Part shown: positions 50,181-59,864 of the stretch, one piece after another
Position numbering within the stretch: the first letter of the stretch is position 1
Layout: every line of letters begins with the position of its first letter
Source of the DNA: an uncultured Rhodobacterales bacterium
GTDB lineage: Bacteria; Pseudomonadota; Alphaproteobacteria; Rhodobacterales; Rhodobacteraceae
Assembly: GCA_964465485.1 (NCBI GenBank)
Contig: CAYXIZ010000001.1
Coordinates: 49,332-113,331 of the forward strand
Direction of reading: 5' to 3'
Length of the DNA stretch: 64,000 nt
Program-made: the position numbers and the translations under genes
Notes under the pieces: generated by a model
Databases searched by the model: none
What the model was told of the DNA's origin: nothing
The model's input: the letters and a program-made list of their open reading frames with translations, nothing else

Positions 50181-50961
50181 GCGCCATTCCAAAGCGACAG
50201 GCGTTGACCACCACCCCAAGGCAGGGTTTTTGTTCTGAGATCAGCCGTTCCGCGCGGTCGATCTGGTCCGAGGACGAGTGATCGGCGCGGGCCACCAGAA
50301 GGGCCGCGTCATAGAGATCAGCCGCCGCGACCGTATCATCGCAAGCCAAAGTGGGGGGCAGGTCGAAGAGCATCAGGTCGGGCTCGAACTCCCGCTCCAA
50401 CTGATTGACCAAGGCGCGGGCGCGCAGCGTTCCCAGCGCCTCCGCGGCGCGGGGTTCGGGCTGTGTGAACAGGCTGAGCGCGAGGTTATGGCCCACGCGC
50501 ACCGCGCTGCTGTCAAATTCGCGTCGGGTGCCGGTCAGGGCAGTTTGGCGCGCGGTGATGCCCGTGATGGCGAATTGATTGCTCAACTCGGGTTTGCGCA
50601 AGTTGAGGTCAAAGAGCATCACCTTGAGGTCGATCTGGCTGGCAAGGCCAAGCGCCAACCGCGTGGCCAGGGTGGTGGTGCCGCAGCCATGTGTGGGCGA
50701 TGTCAGGGCCAGCTTGCGGATGCCGGTTTGGCGCATTTGCCGCAACAGCCGGGAGCGCAGAAGATCCAGGGCGGCCTGCGCGTCAGGGTCGACGGGCTGA
50801 CGCACGGGGGCGGTGGCTGGGATCGTGGCCTCGTTCAGCCGCAGCCAAGCACGCGTCGGATCGGATTTGGTGCGATGCCACTGGAATTCGGGCAGCGGCG
50901 CCTGCTCGGGCTTGGTTTGCGCGGTGGCGAACAGTTCTTTGGTGTTGGTCACATGTTGCAT
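50164..50961 (-). CDS. CpsD/CapB (Wzc C-terminal) tyrosine-kinase-like protein with degenerate Walker A
   Basis: LTSPTHGCGTTT, FDLNLRKP and FDLPP; no C-terminal Tyr cluster. Confidence 0.8.
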   Translation of the reverse strand: MQHVTNTKELFATAQTKPEQAPLPEFQWHRTKSDPTRAWLRLNEATIPATAPVRQPVDPDAQAALDLLRSRLLRQMRQTGIRKLALTSPTHGCGTTTLATRLALGLASQIDLKVMLFDLNLRKPELSNQFAITGITARQTALTGTRREFDSSAVRVGHNLALSLFTQPEPRAAEALGTLRARALVNQLEREFEPDLMLFDLPPTLACDDTVAAADLYDAALLVARADHSSSDQIDRAERLISEQKPCLGVVVNACRFGMAHDRHH

Positions 50962-50974
50962 CAGTGGCTCCGAT

Positions 50975-52177
50975 CTAGGCGGGACGCATGTTTGGAATGA
51001 CGGCGTAGGGGCGAATGCTCAGGCTGGCCTCAATGTCGCGGGGCCGCCTGATGAATGGGTCGCTGCGCCCGCGCAGGATCGCAGTGCCAAGGGCGATCAG
51101 GAACGCCAGCGCGAGGCCGCCTGCAAGCGCGATTTTCTGGCGTGGCCCTTCGGGCAAACTGGGCGGAGAGGCGCGTTCAACGATTGTGAGCCGTGAGCCG
51201 TTTTCACGGGCTGCGCGCCGTGCCTCTGCGGCAGCGGCATCCAGCCTTGAGACGGCGGCAGTGTATTGCGCTTCGGCCAGCGCGTGGTCACGCTCCAACG
51301 CGCTGAGTGCGAGGCTGTTGGCCGGGATTTCTGCCAGACGGTCGTCGATTCGAGCCAGTTGGCTGGCGACATCGGTCAGCTCTGCCAGTGGGGCGTTTTC
51401 CTCAGCTGGCGTGGGGACGACATTGTTCAGCCGCGAGGTCAGTGCGCGCACCGTGGGGTGAGTGTCGGCAAACAACCCGCGCGCGGCGCCCAGCTCCGTG
51501 GTGAGGCGTTCGCGGGTTGTGTCTGACAGCGAGGATGGCCCGCGGATGGTTTCGCGGTGGATAAGGATTTTGCGGAGATCCAGATAGCGGGCGGAATCTT
51601 CTGGAAGGACGCCAGCCTTGGCCTGCTTGAACCGCAGCAAGGCGTCGAATTCCTTGTCAAGCCGGGCCTTGCTTGAGGTGACTTCGCGACGGAAAAATTG
51701 TAGCGCTTCGGTGGTGCGTTCGCGCGCGATGCTATCGTTCTCCGAGAGCACCATCTGGGCCAGCTGATTTGCGGCGTCGGTGGCGAATTCCGCGTCGGGG
51801 TCGGTGACTGAAATCGACATGGTGGTGGCGCGATCGCGGCCCGCGGCTGTGTCTATGCTGATGGCGTTTCGGAAGGTTTCGACGGGGATCTGCGCGCCGA
51901 TGGCATCCAGTGCCGCCGCCAGATTAGCTTGCGTGGTGACCCGGTTTTCGATGCGTTGCAGGTGGGCGGGGCCAGCGGTGAAATCCGCAGACGGGACGGT
52001 GTTTTGCGCGAGGGAGGGAGCTTCCTCCATCAGAAAAGCGGTGGCGGTCATGGGCACTTTGAGGAAGGTCACGCCGACAATGACGATGCTGCTCAAAAGC
52101 ATGAACACCCCAGCCGCCATGGGCAGTTGGCGCAACACGAGCCATCGAATGTATTTGCGGTCGGAGGTGTTCATCAA
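50975..52177 (-). CDS. GumC/Wzc N-terminal polysaccharide co-polymerase
   Basis: Two TM segments around a coiled coil, a THP.V motif and a Pro-rich segment before the last TM. Confidence 0.8.
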   Translation of the reverse strand: MMNTSDRKYIRWLVLRQLPMAAGVFMLLSSIVIVGVTFLKVPMTATAFLMEEAPSLAQNTVPSADFTAGPAHLQRIENRVTTQANLAAALDAIGAQIPVETFRNAISIDTAAGRDRATTMSISVTDPDAEFATDAANQLAQMVLSENDSIARERTTEALQFFRREVTSSKARLDKEFDALLRFKQAKAGVLPEDSARYLDLRKILIHRETIRGPSSLSDTTRERLTTELGAARGLFADTHPTVRALTSRLNNVVPTPAEENAPLAELTDVASQLARIDDRLAEIPANSLALSALERDHALAEAQYTAAVSRLDAAAAEARRAARENGSRLTIVERASPPSLPEGPRQKIALAGGLALAFLIALGTAILRGRSDPFIRRPRDIEASLSIRPYAVIPNMRPA

Positions 52178-52224
52178 TGGCTTTCCGGCGGTTTATATCC
52201 TGCGCCGATCAGAGCCTTGAAAAC

Positions 52225-52239
52225 TTAAGACATAATTAA
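52225..52239. promoter_or_regulatory. CtrA-type binding site TTAA-N7-TTAA
   Basis: TTAAGACATAATTAA, about 50 bp upstream of the co-polymerase gene in a divergent intergenic region. Confidence 0.6.
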
Positions 52240-52425
52240 TCCAATTCGTTTCTTTTCGAGGTGAGGCTCGCAGAAACGTGAGCGGCAGATTCAGACGAAA
52301 AGGAGCGTTTGGCTTTTGGAATAAAGAGACCATGGGTGCGTCTCGCAACGGACGGGGAATCAGGTGGGGCTGCGCTGTGAGGCGCGGTTGAACTGGCATA
52401 ATGAACGAACCGAAGGATCCCACCG

Positions 52426-52857
52426 ATGACATGCAAAACCATCCTCGCCGTCTCCTCGAAGGGCGGACATTATAGACAGATGAAAGCCCTGAGCGGCGCT
52501 TATGAAGGCCATGAGGTCAGGTATGTGTCGACCGACGCCAGCCTAACAGAATTCAGCGTCAGCGAGTGCAGCCGGACCCAGTGGTGGCGCGCTTTCACAA
52601 ATGTGGTGCAGCTTATCGCGATCATGCGCAAGGTGCGGCCTGATGTGGTCGTCTCCACCGGTGCTTTGCCGGGGTTGATGGCGCTGATCGTCGGCACATT
52701 GTTTGGCGCGCGGACGGTGTGGATCGATTCCATTGCCAATACGGATCGCATGTCGCTGTCGGGCCGTCTGTCGAAGCCATTTGCGCAGCTTTGGCTAACA
52801 CAATGGCCTGAGGTCTCGAACCGCACCGGGGCCACCTATGTGGGTGCGGTGCTATGA
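52426..52857 (+). CDS. Alg14/PssD/CpsF-like glycosyltransferase subunit
   Basis: SSKGGH, PDVVVSTGA, WIDSIAN, SLSG and QWP. Confidence 0.88.
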   Translation: MTCKTILAVSSKGGHYRQMKALSGAYEGHEVRYVSTDASLTEFSVSECSRTQWWRAFTNVVQLIAIMRKVRPDVVVSTGALPGLMALIVGTLFGARTVWIDSIANTDRMSLSGRLSKPFAQLWLTQWPEVSNRTGATYVGAVL

Positions 52858-53324
52858 TCTTTGTAACGGTGGGGACGCAGCTGCCCTTTCCGCGTCTGAT
52901 CGAGGCGATGGACCAGATTGCAGGCCGGATCTACGAGCCTGTGATCGCCCAGACCTACGTTCCGACAACGTGCAAGAACATGATCGTTGAGCCGCAGATG
53001 AACGGCACGCGGTACAGCGATGTTCTGGCCCGTGCGCGGCTTATTGTGGCCCATGCCGGGATCGGGACGATCATGGCCGCGCGGGAGGCCGGCATTCCGC
53101 TCATCGTTCTGCCACGACGCGCCAGTTTGGGTGAGCATCGCAACGATCACCAGCAAGGCACGGCCCGCCAGATGTTGGGGCATGAAGGGATCACGGCGAT
53201 CTGGAGTGAAGACAAGCTCGAAGAGCTGCTGCACTACAATTTTGAGCCGCCGGTGTCGCACGCGCCCCCCGCGCTGGACGGTCTTGTCAGCGGGTTGCGC
53301 AGTTTTATCAGCGAGGGCGCCTGA
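52854..53324 (+). CDS. Alg13/PssE/CpsG-like glycosyltransferase subunit (GT28 C-terminal-like)
   Basis: MIFVTVGTQLPFPRL, HAGIGT and PRRASLGEHRNDHQ. Confidence 0.9.
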   Translation: MIFVTVGTQLPFPRLIEAMDQIAGRIYEPVIAQTYVPTTCKNMIVEPQMNGTRYSDVLARARLIVAHAGIGTIMAAREAGIPLIVLPRRASLGEHRNDHQQGTARQMLGHEGITAIWSEDKLEELLHYNFEPPVSHAPPALDGLVSGLRSFISEGA

Positions 53325-54246
53325 CCCCGTGCAGGCCGCATAGGATCGCCCAGCCCAAAGCCGGGTGGCCCTTCAGGATGGATTGCGCTGTTTTGGCCAA
53401 GCCGTAGAGATACCCCACTGGCACTGAGGCCGGGAAATGGCGCTTGAGAAACATCATCCGTGCGCGGTGTTTGTAATAGGCCGAGAACGGCGAGGGCAGT
53501 GCGTCGAGGGTTGGGGAGCCGATAGCAGTGCCCGCGTGATGGTAAACGACGGCCTCCCTGCAATAGGTCAGGGGCAGGTTGCCGCGCTTTAGCGCCCAGT
53601 CGACCTCTTCATAGTAGAGAAAGTAGCATTCAGGCATTGGGCCTGCGGCCTCGATGAAACGGCGTGAGGCGACCATGCTTGCGCCTGAGATGAACGCCAT
53701 GTCGTTCGGCGCGCTGGGGTCGGCATCGCGTGGTGCGCCCAGATTGAGATTGCCGGTCACACCTGTCCACCTGTCGATGGTACCGCCGTCGATCTGGATG
53801 CGATGCGGCGGTGCTGCATAGAGAATGCGACCGCCCATCAAGGCAAAATCAGCCGGAGCATCCGCGATGGCTTGCGGGGTACCTGCGGGCGTCAGCGTGT
53901 CGGGGTTGACCACCCAGACACGGTCGACCTGCGAGTCTGCCAGACAGCGTTTTAAGCCGATATTGACCCCGGCGGCGAAGCCTCCATTATGTGGTGCGTC
54001 GATGAGTGTCAGGTCAGTGCTTTGCAGCGGTTTAGACACTGGTTTCACCGCAAAAGGCAGAGCATCTGGCTTGTATCCGTCGCGGCCTGCTCTCCACTTT
54101 TCCAGCACCTGAGCCGTGTCATCGGTGGAGGCGTTGTTGACCACGACAACCTTTGCGCCAGCGCTGGCGGCCAGCAGCGACTCGAGGCAATCGCGAATGA
54201 CATCGACCGCGTTATAGGCGACGACCACAATCCCAAGATTTTTCAT
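53308..54246 (-). CDS. glycosyltransferase family 2
   Basis: VVNNASTD, NGGFAAGVN, NPDT and YFLYYEEVDW. Confidence 0.9.
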   Translation of the reverse strand: MKNLGIVVVAYNAVDVIRDCLESLLAASAGAKVVVVNNASTDDTAQVLEKWRAGRDGYKPDALPFAVKPVSKPLQSTDLTLIDAPHNGGFAAGVNIGLKRCLADSQVDRVWVVNPDTLTPAGTPQAIADAPADFALMGGRILYAAPPHRIQIDGGTIDRWTGVTGNLNLGAPRDADPSAPNDMAFISGASMVASRRFIEAAGPMPECYFLYYEEVDWALKRGNLPLTYCREAVVYHHAGTAIGSPTLDALPSPFSAYYKHRARMMFLKRHFPASVPVGYLYGLAKTAQSILKGHPALGWAILCGLHGVRRPR

Positions 54247-55535
54247 GGTCGCGGCACCATTCTGGAGAAACCGGACGTGAAGGGTCGGGTGAACGTTAGG
54301 TCTGTAGGAGCGGTTGGCCGCGTGACGGGTGCCGCCAACCACTGACCTGCGCCAAACAGGAAGAAGACAAAGGAATAGACGGCGGTCCAGACATGGACCG
54401 TGGCCAGGGTGAAGGACAGGCCGATTATACAGATCAGCCATGCTGCCTTGAGATGTGGATAGGGTGTGAGGCTGCGCGCGACCCGGATCAGGCCCCAGCC
54501 CCAGCCCGCTGCCAGTAGAAGAAAGCCGGGGATGCCGTAGCGGACCGCTCCTGCGAGCCAGAAATTGTCCATGCTGCCGGAATACATGAAATGCGGTCGC
54601 ACCCAATCGTTGAGACCCAGCCCGAATATTGGATTATTCCAGACATTCACCATACCCCATTCAAAGATCAGGCTCCGCCAATAGGCATTATGCGCCGAGA
54701 AGGTGGCGTAGCTGAAAAAGACCCGCATCGGGGACCGGTTCGAGACCAGATCGACGAAGACATATGCCACCGCGCAGGCGGCGAGCAGCACCAGCCATTT
54801 GCGTTTGAGACCTGCGAAGATCGTGGCCCAGCTGATCAGGAAGAGCTGGATGAGCACGGAAAGGAAGGCTCCGCTGGAGAGGGCGAAGAATGCGGTGATA
54901 GTGATGCAAGCGAGGCCCGCGAGGCGGATGCCGAGGCTCAGATGCTGAGACAGACCCAGAAAGAGCAACGACACGGCGGTGGAGCAGAACAGCCCGAAAT
55001 GGATCGGGTGGGCGAAGACCCCTTGCACCCGCTCTAACCCAAGACGGGGCGCGATGCTGACGATCTCGACGGATGAAAGCGCGGGGATGGCGCGGATCAG
55101 CTCAATGAGGGGCGGTCTGCCGGTGACGGTTTCGAAAACCGCCAGTGGCAGACAGAGCATAATCAGCAGCGTTAGGGTCTTTGTGAGTGCATAGAACTGG
55201 CCCGGATTTAAGATGCAGATCCGGGCGAGAAAGTAGCCTCCAAGAAGTTCGAGTGTAGTGATGCCCGTATGCTCAACCGCCTGCGCCGGGGTGTTGACGG
55301 ACATGGCGACACCGACCCAAAGGACGAACAGCGTCAGGCAGATGTCCGGCCCCGTCGGGCGAAATCTGCGGCTGCGGGCGAGATGGATAAACAGCGGGAC
55401 CAGCATCGCCAGCATGTAGAGACGCAGCGTGGTCAGTTGCAGCGGCCCGGCCATGACGCGGATGGGGAGGATGATACAGATCATGTAGGCCAGCACGGGC
55501 CCGGCGAGCCGAGGGGTGGGGAGTGCGATGTTCAT
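54243..55535 (-). CDS. O-antigen ligase/Wzy-like polysaccharide polymerase
   Basis: About 10-12 TM segments; [10 protein letters not shown] and NNPIFGLG...SMDNFWL...GIPG. Start uncertain. Confidence 0.8.
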   Translation of the reverse strand: MNIALPTPRLAGPVLAYMICIILPIRVMAGPLQLTTLRLYMLAMLVPLFIHLARSRRFRPTGPDICLTLFVLWVGVAMSVNTPAQAVEHTGITTLELLGGYFLARICILNPGQFYALTKTLTLLIMLCLPLAVFETVTGRPPLIELIRAIPALSSVEIVSIAPRLGLERVQGVFAHPIHFGLFCSTAVSLLFLGLSQHLSLGIRLAGLACITITAFFALSSGAFLSVLIQLFLISWATIFAGLKRKWLVLLAACAVAYVFVDLVSNRSPMRVFFSYATFSAHNAYWRSLIFEWGMVNVWNNPIFGLGLNDWVRPHFMYSGSMDNFWLAGAVRYGIPGFLLLAAGWGWGLIRVARSLTPYPHLKAAWLICIIGLSFTLATVHVWTAVYSFVFFLFGAGQWLAAPVTRPTAPTDLTFTRPFTSGFSRMVPRP

Positions 55536-55622
55536 ACCGGTAAACTGCGCGTTAACCGTTATCATTCTGTAAAGATTTCCGGCTTTAGGGTTGCGGCACC
55601 ACAAATGTCAGCGGAGCCGGAT

Positions 55623-56135
55623 ATGACCGATGCCACGATCAGCACGCCCCAGCCGCGGAAGGCCCGACGTCGCGGGTTGAACCGGCTGAGCTTTTTGCGG
55701 CGGGTGCTGGTAGGCCTGAGGCGGGCGTGGCTTCTGCGGGTGTACGGGATGGATATTGCTAAGGACGCGCAGATTTCGCTGTCGGCGCGACTGGACCGCA
55801 CTTTCCCTATTGGCGTGCATGTCGGCGCGCGGAGCTATGTGGCGTTGCAGGCAATTGTGTTGACCCATGACCGCACCCGCGGTCTGTATTTGCATACAAG
55901 GATCGGCGCGGATTGCTTTGTCGGCGCGCGCAGCCTGATCCTGCCGGGGGTCAGTGTTGGGGATGGCAGTATCGTGGCGGCGGGTGCAGTAGTCACGCGG
56001 GACGTGCCTGCGCGAAGCGTGGTTGCTGGAAACCCGGCGCGGGTGATCCGTGCGGATGTGCAGACCGGAGCTTACGGGCGGTTGCACTCTGCCGACAGTC
56101 GCGAGCATGAGCTGGCCGCGGCCGGGTTGACCTAA
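55623..56135 (+). CDS. hexapeptide-repeat O-acetyltransferase
   Basis: [38 protein letters not shown]...GNPAR. Confidence 0.88.
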   Translation: MTDATISTPQPRKARRRGLNRLSFLRRVLVGLRRAWLLRVYGMDIAKDAQISLSARLDRTFPIGVHVGARSYVALQAIVLTHDRTRGLYLHTRIGADCFVGARSLILPGVSVGDGSIVAAGAVVTRDVPARSVVAGNPARVIRADVQTGAYGRLHSADSREHELAAAGLT

Positions 56136-56334
56136 GCGCGCACGGTCTCTGGGCTTTTCGGCAACAGCCGGAACAGCATGCTACATCCCTCGCCGCAGCG
56201 GAGCGCCGACGTGGTCGGGCCCGGATTTTCAGAGACATCTCGTGCCTAGGGGACCGGGCGCTCTTTGGAGGTTTGCCTCGATGGCGCGGCTTGCCTGCCT
56301 GTCCTTGCGGCCGACCAAACCGAAAGTGACACCC

Positions 56335-58566
56335 ATGATCACAGCGCTGGGCCTTGGATTGGCCTCTCTTCCTCAGCCCACTGGCGAGGTGTTTGTCCCG
56401 CTCACGACGATCTCAATCTCGGATTTTTCGCGCGACCGGACCTTGTTCGACAGCGGTGCGGCTTTTGGTCGAAGCGAGGCCGTCGTGCCCGTTTCCGGCA
56501 CCGGCACGGCAGGCGAGACCGTCGAGCTGCGGCTTGCCACCGAGGGGGAGACGCCAACCGCTTGGACAGATTTCGCAACGGTAGATGGCGCAGGCATCTG
56601 GGGCGGTGAGGTGACAGTGCCGCGCCAGGCAAATTGGCTGCGGGTCGAGGCGCGGATCAAGTCAGAGCCGGTGACGCGCGCTTCGACACCGAACCGGTTC
56701 GGGGTTGGCCATGTGATCGCGCTGTGGGGCCAGTCGGAAGTCGTCCGGATCCGCTCGACCGTATATGATCAAGCGCCGCCCGAGCCGCTCTTGAGTGACG
56801 AGTCCGTGCAAGCGATGTGGTTTGAAGGTGGGCCGGTCGTGAAGCATCTCAGCTCTGCTGATCCGCACACAGCTGCCCTTGCTGCAATGGCCAATGTGTT
56901 CATGGCGGAGCGCCCGGATGACAAAGTGGCGCTGGTGTTCCAAGCGGTGTCCGGCACGGGGTTCCGGGATCTGGTAGATGACAGCAATACGTCGCGGTCC
57001 TGGGCCGATGACGCGGCGCTGCATGCGTTTGCAACGGCAGATGGTCAGCATGTGGGCTTGCCATCTGTTTCGTGGTTTGCCTCGCCCGGGTCTTTTGCGG
57101 AGCATTACGAAGAGGCTCTGTTCCCGTTGTTTACGGGCACAACGGCAACGGGTGCTGCGGTGAGTTTTCCAAGCGAGATCACCCATAACGGGACGAGCAG
57201 CTATCAGGCCGACCATTGGTTTGGAGAGCTTTACAACCCTGCACACACCAAATGGGTCGCTTTCGGGCCTCATAAATTCGACATTGGCGCGGATATGCGC
57301 AACGCGACTGTGCTCTTGGATGGCAGCCCGCAGAGCAATCTGGAAAACAAGGCGCAGGCCCGTGAAAGCTGGCGGGCGATGGTGGCCAATCCGAATGCAA
57401 ACGGGCTGTTCCTGCCGCTTGGGCTTGAGCCGCTGACCTATCAAAACGGAGTGGATGACGGGCAAGGGGGTTGGTCCGATCAAAGCCATCCCGCCTCTGA
57501 CAGTGATGATGGCGCGCCGATGTTTGCGCGGCTCATGGCCCATGCGATTTTGCAAAGTGCAGGGCTGACGAGCTGGGCGATGCCCGTGTTTGATCAATCG
57601 GAATGGGAGCCCTCGGGTGGCTACGTCGATATCTGGTCCAGCGCTGGTGCGATCACGACGCCGCGCATCAAACGGGGTTTGCCTGCATTAGGGTCTGATT
57701 ATCCGCATTGGACCGACGTGTTCGGCTGGCAGATCAATGACGAACCTGCGCATCGGGCTGAGATAGTTTCGGGCCGGGTGCGGCTCTATCCCAACGAGGC
57801 CAGTTTTGTGGCCAGTGACGTGATCCAGTTTGGCGAGGGCGGGGCGACGGGGATGGTGAAATTCCCTGAAGACCATCAGGCGCAGACCTATCTGAACCTT
57901 CCTATTGTGGATGCCGGACTGGCTGGCATTGACGGCGTGCCGCTGCGGCCTTTGATTAACGCGGCGGTGGTGCAGAATCCTCTGGTGCCGATGTCGAGCC
58001 TGTTCACCACCGGCACCACGGGGCCGTTCTTCTATGATCCGGACACGCTCGGGGCCGGGGTTGAGCGGATTGCGTTCCAGTTTGATATGGCGGCCGGTCT
58101 GCCCTCCTCCGGGACCAAGATGCTGATGACGTCGACAGGCAATTATCTGCGGCTCGAAAGCCTTGCCAATGGCCGTCTGCGCCTGCGGGTGCGCGACAGC
58201 GGCGGCGCGGTGCATGTGGATTATGTGCAGACTGCTGCGGGCGTGGTCGCCGACGGAGTACAGGCCGATATCCGGCTGTCGATTGATCTGCCTGCCGGGT
58301 TCGCGCGGCTGTGGGTGAACGGCACGCAGGTGCTTGATGAAAGCTTTACCTCTGTTGCGCCGACGCTGCCGAGCAACCGACGATTGTTGCTCCTGGCCAA
58401 TAGCACCGGGTCCAATCAGGTCGAAGGCGACATCACCCGCGTGGCGGTTTGGAAAGACGCCGTGGCTGATAACAGTTTGCCGGCGCAGACGCCTTACAAA
58501 GATATTGTCGGCCCCGCATCTGTGGTTAATGCGGACAGCTGGAAACAGGGCGACGATGCAAGCTAG
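56335..58566 (+). CDS. putative GTA head-spike fibre: GhsB-like N-terminal anchor, sialate-O-acetylesterase-like SGNH domain, LamG-like domain
   Basis: Starts MITALGLGLASL; FGVGHVIALWGQSE (SGNH block I-like) and DQSHP (DxxH); beta-rich C-terminus with ARLWVNG. The CDS itself is solid; the function is inferred. Confidence 0.65.
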   Translation: MITALGLGLASLPQPTGEVFVPLTTISISDFSRDRTLFDSGAAFGRSEAVVPVSGTGTAGETVELRLATEGETPTAWTDFATVDGAGIWGGEVTVPRQANWLRVEARIKSEPVTRASTPNRFGVGHVIALWGQSEVVRIRSTVYDQAPPEPLLSDESVQAMWFEGGPVVKHLSSADPHTAALAAMANVFMAERPDDKVALVFQAVSGTGFRDLVDDSNTSRSWADDAALHAFATADGQHVGLPSVSWFASPGSFAEHYEEALFPLFTGTTATGAAVSFPSEITHNGTSSYQADHWFGELYNPAHTKWVAFGPHKFDIGADMRNATVLLDGSPQSNLENKAQARESWRAMVANPNANGLFLPLGLEPLTYQNGVDDGQGGWSDQSHPASDSDDGAPMFARLMAHAILQSAGLTSWAMPVFDQSEWEPSGGYVDIWSSAGAITTPRIKRGLPALGSDYPHWTDVFGWQINDEPAHRAEIVSGRVRLYPNEASFVASDVIQFGEGGATGMVKFPEDHQAQTYLNLPIVDAGLAGIDGVPLRPLINAAVVQNPLVPMSSLFTTGTTGPFFYDPDTLGAGVERIAFQFDMAAGLPSSGTKMLMTSTGNYLRLESLANGRLRLRVRDSGGAVHVDYVQTAAGVVADGVQADIRLSIDLPAGFARLWVNGTQVLDESFTSVAPTLPSNRRLLLLANSTGSNQVEGDITRVAVWKDAVADNSLPAQTPYKDIVGPASVVNADSWKQGDDAS

Positions 58567-59804
58567 GCTGTCCTTTGCCTGACATAGAGTCTTATTGAAG
58601 CCGCAGCGCAGCCTGCGGCTTCTGCATATGCGGCGGTCCAGATGATCTCGTTAAGCTGCGCGCCTGCGGTGAGTTGCAGGTAGATAATCGGCAATGCGGC
58701 CAGTCGGGGTAGGTTGCCGATGGCGGTGTTGACGGTGTCGCCGCGTGCCAGCGCCACGATGGCGATACCGGTTTTGAACACCCGAATGGCATGTAACACC
58801 GCCAGCGCAGGCAGCAGCGGAAGGAGTGGCGTGAAGTCTGGTCCCAGAAGGTGAGCCACATTCTGGCCGAACGGTATCAACACCGCTCCCAGCCCCAAAC
58901 TAGCAAAAAAGCAGAGTGTTAGGGTCTGAAGGACATGTGTGCGCGCTCTCTTTGCGTTGGGGGTGGAGTTGGTGAGCAGGGGCAGGAAATAGGCTTGCAA
59001 GCTGCGCCCGAGGATCAGCGCGGGGGTGAGCGTGAGGGTGAAGCCCATCGCCAGAATAGCCAGTTGGGTGGGGCCCATAACGTGACCGACCAACAGCTTT
59101 TCACCGTGGAAGGTCGCAAGCAGAAGAACGCCGTTGACGGCCAGCGGCATCCCAAATGTTAGGGTCCGGGCGAGGTAGGCGCGACTGAGTGTCAGGATGA
59201 AGCGACGCTCCGCGAAGAGATGGGACATCACCAGCACCCCGGCGGCATGGAGGATCGACATCATCAACAGCAGACGGAAATCCCGGAATTCGTGCTGCAA
59301 AGGCCAGATCAGCAGCAACGCGAAAGCGGCGGGGGCCAGCTGCACGCAGATAGAGGGGCCGAACCGGCCGAACCGTTGGTAGCGCCAGGGGTCGATATGG
59401 ACCAGCCCGGTCATCACCGGAATTACCGCGAGGAGCTGGAACGCCCAGCGGGCCTCTGGGACTTGCAGGAAACCCGAGATCGGACCGGCGCAGAGGTAGA
59501 TCAGCACTCCGCCAAGCAGGCCGCGCGCCAGCTGCACCGCATGGAGCCAGCCTTGAAAGGCGGTCGTATCGCCGTCTTTTTCGCGCACGATAAGCTGCTG
59601 GGCGCCGAGGGTCGTGGCCATCTCGACGGCGGAGACCACGATGGCAAAGCTGGCGGCAATCCCGAATTGTTCGGCCCCAATGATATGGGCAGCGATAATG
59701 TTGCGTGCGAGGGTCAGGACGGCGACGCCTGCGTTGCCCGACAGCAACACGGCCAGCGGATGCGCGCGGGCGATCATGGGGCTCAATGTGGAAATCATCG
59801 ACAT
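58563..59804 (-). CDS. Wzx-type oligosaccharide flippase
   Basis: Polytopic membrane protein; ARNIIAAHIIGAEQFG matches the Wzx N-terminal pattern. Confidence 0.85.
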   Translation of the reverse strand: MSMISTLSPMIARAHPLAVLLSGNAGVAVLTLARNIIAAHIIGAEQFGIAASFAIVVSAVEMATTLGAQQLIVREKDGDTTAFQGWLHAVQLARGLLGGVLIYLCAGPISGFLQVPEARWAFQLLAVIPVMTGLVHIDPWRYQRFGRFGPSICVQLAPAAFALLLIWPLQHEFRDFRLLLMMSILHAAGVLVMSHLFAERRFILTLSRAYLARTLTFGMPLAVNGVLLLATFHGEKLLVGHVMGPTQLAILAMGFTLTLTPALILGRSLQAYFLPLLTNSTPNAKRARTHVLQTLTLCFFASLGLGAVLIPFGQNVAHLLGPDFTPLLPLLPALAVLHAIRVFKTGIAIVALARGDTVNTAIGNLPRLAALPIIYLQLTAGAQLNEIIWTAAYAEAAGCAAASIRLYVRQRTA

Positions 59805-59829
59805 TTACCAAGGCTTAACCAGTTCCGCC

Positions 59830-59845
59830 TTAACGATGGGTAAAC
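59830..59845. promoter_or_regulatory. near-consensus CtrA site TTAA-N7-TAAAC
   Basis: TTAACGATGGGTAAAC, plus TTAACC at 59815, between the divergent wzx and frhB-like genes. Confidence 0.4.
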
Positions 59846-59864
59846 AGCGTATTGGAACCAGTGA

